Below are positions 34,200-37,207 of a stretch of 37,207 nucleotides of DNA, piece after piece (within the stretch, counting starts at the first letter, position 1; each line of letters starts with the position of its first letter). The notes beneath the pieces were generated by a model, which saw nothing but the letters and a program-made list of their open reading frames with translations, searched no databases and was not told where the DNA came from. The DNA lies in IMG/VR virus record IMGVR_UViG_3300045988_138588, positions 1-37,207 of that record. One strand, given 5' to 3'. The DNA is from a virus. A program made the position numbers and the translations under genes.

Positions 34200-36614
34200 T
34201 TATCCCCTTTCTGATATTTGCTTTTTTAGTTCTCTGACGTAACTGTATAACTGTTCTATCTGTTCCTGCAAAAATGCTATTTTTATAGTTTCTCTGTTTA
34301 ACTCATTCACCGAACTTTTGATATTTTCAATTTTTTCAAATGCTTTCTGCGTCATGTGGATGGTTAAGGGTATCAATTCCTCATACGCAATCCCCCAGCG
34401 TTCCGTCCTGCCGTCTGCCGTGGGTTCCGTCAGATCATCACGACAAATAGCTGCCAGCGTTTTGGCGGAAAGCCCGCATTTTTCCGCTACGGCATACATG
34501 CTTTGTGCGCCTAACCCGCAGTGAACCCGGTCGTGTGGCTTCAATTCGTTCCCGAAGTTTTTCCACATATATAGGATAGGTGTAAGCCCCATAAACATTT
34601 TTTCATAGGGCTCTGTTATCCCCGAAAGAATATTTTTTTCGCACTCATCGGATGTACTGATAGTTGCACTTGCAGCATACAGGCGAGTGTATCTATATCC
34701 AGTCATACCGAGCGCTGTCATATTATCACCGGCATAAGGTGTAAGCGCTTTCCAGCTGCTACCGACAGTATATGACTCTCCTGTAATCTGTGCATAGTTT
34801 GAAGAATCTACGATTTCCCGCCATGTTCCGCTCCATCCGGCACTATTTCCCCCGCGATGAAACAATGCGCCCGTTGGTTGTGTACACCAGATCTGATGAA
34901 CATCTGAACCCATTGCCATATTAAAAATCATCCCCCAGGTTGAGGGGTTATCAGTAACAATTTGTGAGGATTCATTATTGATAAAATGCACGCTATTTAG
35001 CTGCTCTCCCCATGTGGTCACAGTATCACTCATAACCATTCCAATGACGTTCATTCCGGCACTTCTTATACTTGAAGCTGAACCATGGAGCGTGCCTTCT
35101 ATATATCCGTCAACGGAAACTTTGAATAAAACGCTGCCGTTATTGTATATGCCGAAAACAGAATTCCCGTCAGTAGGCACCAAGTTATTCCGTTTAGTCG
35201 TGAATTGTATAAACAGACCATCTTCCGACGAATATGTGCTTCCGTCAGCAAACACAAAGTTACCGAATTTTGAATAGTCAGCTCCGTAAACAAGCGAACC
35301 TTTGATTGCTCCTCCAGTGATCGTTACTCCGTCAATTGTTCCACCTTTCAGAGTTGCCCCCATAATCGTCCCCGTCGCTGTTATATCTTTCGTAAAGATA
35401 CCGTTTACATCTATCCTGTCCGCAGTAATAGTCTCCGTCTCTAGCTTCCTGACCTTCGCTGAAACGCTATACACATACCCGAAAGAAGCTTTTTCACCCA
35501 CCAGCTCCTTGACCAGGAACAGATCTTTATATAGTCTGTCTATTTTTTGATCGGTCGGCCCTTTGTTTTGTGACGACTCGGATTCTACTTTTCCGAATGA
35601 CTGAACCTCTGTCAGCAATCCTCCGTCATAATCCTGCACCAGTGACATCACGGGGATTTTCACCGCATTCCCAGCCTTGTCCGTCACCGTGATGATATCT
35701 CCCACATCTATCCGCGGATCCCCCAGGAATGACACGGAAGCCGGAAGAAATTCAAGCCCCTTGATCTGCTGATAGACCGCCGCAAGCCGTTCCTGTGTCA
35801 TTACCGGGTTTTCCAACTGCATGCACGCAGTTCCTTCCCCTGTTGAAAGAGTATCGTTCCCGGCCTGGCAGATGATCTTCTCCACGTTGAAAACAGATTC
35901 CCCCAAGGTCAGGTCGTCATAGTAGCGATCAGCGCTGATGGAACAGTCTGCCGCCGCATACCACCGGAATACCGCATTTCCGGCCCGGTCCATCGTGGAA
36001 AACATGCCGTAGAACTGGGCTATGTAGGAAAGAGCTTCCCGGTATGTGTATCCGTCAAATGGTGTGACATACTTTGTGTCTGTCACCGGATTTCCGGACT
36101 CATCCACAATGCTATCCGTTGAGACTGCACGTTTCGGAATCATGACACCATCCGGCAGGTTGGTTGTAATGATCGGAACACCGGTCTTTTTTGCCATTTC
36201 CGCCAGGACAGCCTTACCGTCACATGGGTACGTCAGTTCTGATATAAACGCCCCACTCATGCGGGTCTGGATCCGGTCATAGGCTGTAAAAGTCACAACG
36301 CCGCTATCTGACTTCGGCTTCTGTGCCGTGAAAAGGCCAAGAGGGACCCATTCCGCTTTGGAATCGATCACCATACCAATGCTGATCTCCAGTTCTGTTC
36401 CATCCAGAGTAAAGCCGGGATCCCACATCTTGATTTCCACATAGGAACTGACTGCTCCACCAATATTCACGCAGTCATCGGCTACAGATCGTGAAGTCTG
36501 CTTGAGTGACAAGATTTCCTCGCTGGCGGAATGTGTTCCATCGCTGACTTTTGCAAGAAAGGTTCTGCTGTCGCCATATACCGCATTTTTGAATTTTTCA
36601 GATGTTTTGTACAT
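34200..36614 (-). CDS. Tal-like tail tip / tail fibre protein with a C-terminal S74 intramolecular chaperone domain
   Basis: Prophage-tail-like N-terminus. The C-terminal ..STSDECEKN....ILYMWKN...GLGAQSMYAV.. plus coiled coil is typical of auto-cleaving S74 chaperones. Confidence 0.7.
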   Translation of the reverse strand: MYKTSEKFKNAVYGDSRTFLAKVSDGTHSASEEILSLKQTSRSVADDCVNIGGAVSSYVEIKMWDPGFTLDGTELEISIGMVIDSKAEWVPLGLFTAQKPKSDSGVVTFTAYDRIQTRMSGAFISELTYPCDGKAVLAEMAKKTGVPIITTNLPDGVMIPKRAVSTDSIVDESGNPVTDTKYVTPFDGYTYREALSYIAQFYGMFSTMDRAGNAVFRWYAAADCSISADRYYDDLTLGESVFNVEKIICQAGNDTLSTGEGTACMQLENPVMTQERLAAVYQQIKGLEFLPASVSFLGDPRIDVGDIITVTDKAGNAVKIPVMSLVQDYDGGLLTEVQSFGKVESESSQNKGPTDQKIDRLYKDLFLVKELVGEKASFGYVYSVSAKVRKLETETITADRIDVNGIFTKDITATGTIMGATLKGGTIDGVTITGGAIKGSLVYGADYSKFGNFVFADGSTYSSEDGLFIQFTTKRNNLVPTDGNSVFGIYNNGSVLFKVSVDGYIEGTLHGSASSIRSAGMNVIGMVMSDTVTTWGEQLNSVHFINNESSQIVTDNPSTWGMIFNMAMGSDVHQIWCTQPTGALFHRGGNSAGWSGTWREIVDSSNYAQITGESYTVGSSWKALTPYAGDNMTALGMTGYRYTRLYAASATISTSDECEKNILSGITEPYEKMFMGLTPILYMWKNFGNELKPHDRVHCGLGAQSMYAVAEKCGLSAKTLAAICRDDLTEPTADGRTERWGIAYEELIPLTIHMTQKAFEKIENIKSSVNELNRETIKIAFLQEQIEQLYSYVRELKKQISERG

Positions 36615-36629
36615 GGCTTACGCCTCCTT

Positions 36630-37040
36630 TTACTCTGCGAACCCCTCTGGGGCTTCCAGCATGAAATCAATAGCTTCCAGGTCATTCATTGACAGGGACA
36701 GGCCATCGATTTCTTCGAACTTGACCATATGAATATCAGCCTCAACTTCAATATTCAGCAGTTCGCCAATTTCTTTGTTCCATTTTTCCTTACAGTCTTT
36801 CCGAACAGATACCAGACCGTTTTCATCTGCTTTTGTGCCGTATTCCTCAAGGAGTTCATTCCGTGACTCCTCGTAGGGTGTCAGCAGGGAAACCAGCCGC
36901 TCCTTGTTCTTCTTGATCGCATAGACCACACGGATACGGCCGGGGAACATCTTCTCACCGGATTTCGTCTCCCGTTCCTGCATCGCTACAAGACCATTTA
37001 CGATGTTTACCATTTCACTGTTTTTCATTACTTTTTTCAT
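36630..37040 (-). CDS. Hypothetical tail-module protein (136 aa)
   Basis: Intact ORF between the small tail protein and the Tal-like gene. Confidence 0.6.
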   Translation of the reverse strand: MKKVMKNSEMVNIVNGLVAMQERETKSGEKMFPGRIRVVYAIKKNKERLVSLLTPYEESRNELLEEYGTKADENGLVSVRKDCKEKWNKEIGELLNIEVEADIHMVKFEEIDGLSLSMNDLEAIDFMLEAPEGFAE

Positions 37041-37057
37041 CTTAAAAAAGTCCTTTC

Positions 37058-37207
37058 TTACTTTTCAATCAGATTTACGGCCACTCCCACATAGCGTGGA
37101 AAACCTTCCGCATAGGTATATACCGGATATTTCGGCGTCCCGGCGTACATGGTCTTGGTCTCCATTTTCCCCGTGCCAGGGTCCTTATATACGACACTAA
37201 AAAAAGC
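37058..37207 (-). CDS. 3' part of the junction-spanning small tail protein (includes the duplicated 99 bp)
   Basis: In-frame continuation of the 1-306 gene; TAA at 37058-37060. Confidence 0.7.
   Translation of the reverse strand, partial: AFFSVVYKDPGTGKMETKTMYAGTPKYPVYTYAEGFPRYVGVAVNLIEK
37109..37207. repeat. Second copy of the 99-bp terminal redundancy
   Basis: Identical to bases 1-99. Confidence 0.95.

Noticed and set aside
1-37207. Stop-codon reassignment, CRISPR array, or a diversity-generating retroelement
   Set aside because: - All long genes read through under the standard code.
- No regularly spaced repeats were found beyond the iterons and tape measure repeats.
- There is no reverse transcriptase and no template/variable repeat pair.

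Overview
The window is a complete, circularly assembled phage genome of about 37.1 kb. Bases 1-99 are identical to 37109-37207. It looks like a temperate siphovirus-type phage of a Bacillota/Clostridia-like host, judged from gene content only. Almost all genes are on the minus strand.

The late module runs terS, terL, SPP1-type portal, gp7-like minor head protein, scaffold, major capsid, connectors, major tail and G/GT chaperones (-1 frameshift on a U7 run), then the 1249-aa tape measure. It continues across the assembly junction with two small tail proteins, an 804-aa Tal/tail-fibre protein with an S74 chaperone domain, a frame-broken Ala/Ser-rich fibre gene, holin and amidase endolysin.

The early module has Cro-like regulators, a Gp157-like protein, a Rad52-like annealing protein, an HNH protein, a replisome organizer with internal iterons, a collapsed Dam gene, a late regulator, tRNA-Val and an aberrant tRNA-like element.

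The plus-strand lysogeny module is the unusual part:
- a CI-like repressor whose 3' end overlaps an AT-rich 291-aa orphan ORF that has no RBS;
- an intact IS200/IS605 element (tnpA plus tnpB) abutting a truncated, frameshifted Uma2 gene;
- a large serine integrase split in two by a second IS200/IS605 element that has an intact tnpB and a tnpA lacking the HUH motif;
- a 44-bp palindrome just after the integrase that is an attP candidate.

I found no CRISPR array, reverse transcriptase or known multi-gene defence system. All family names are from reading the translations, not from database searches.
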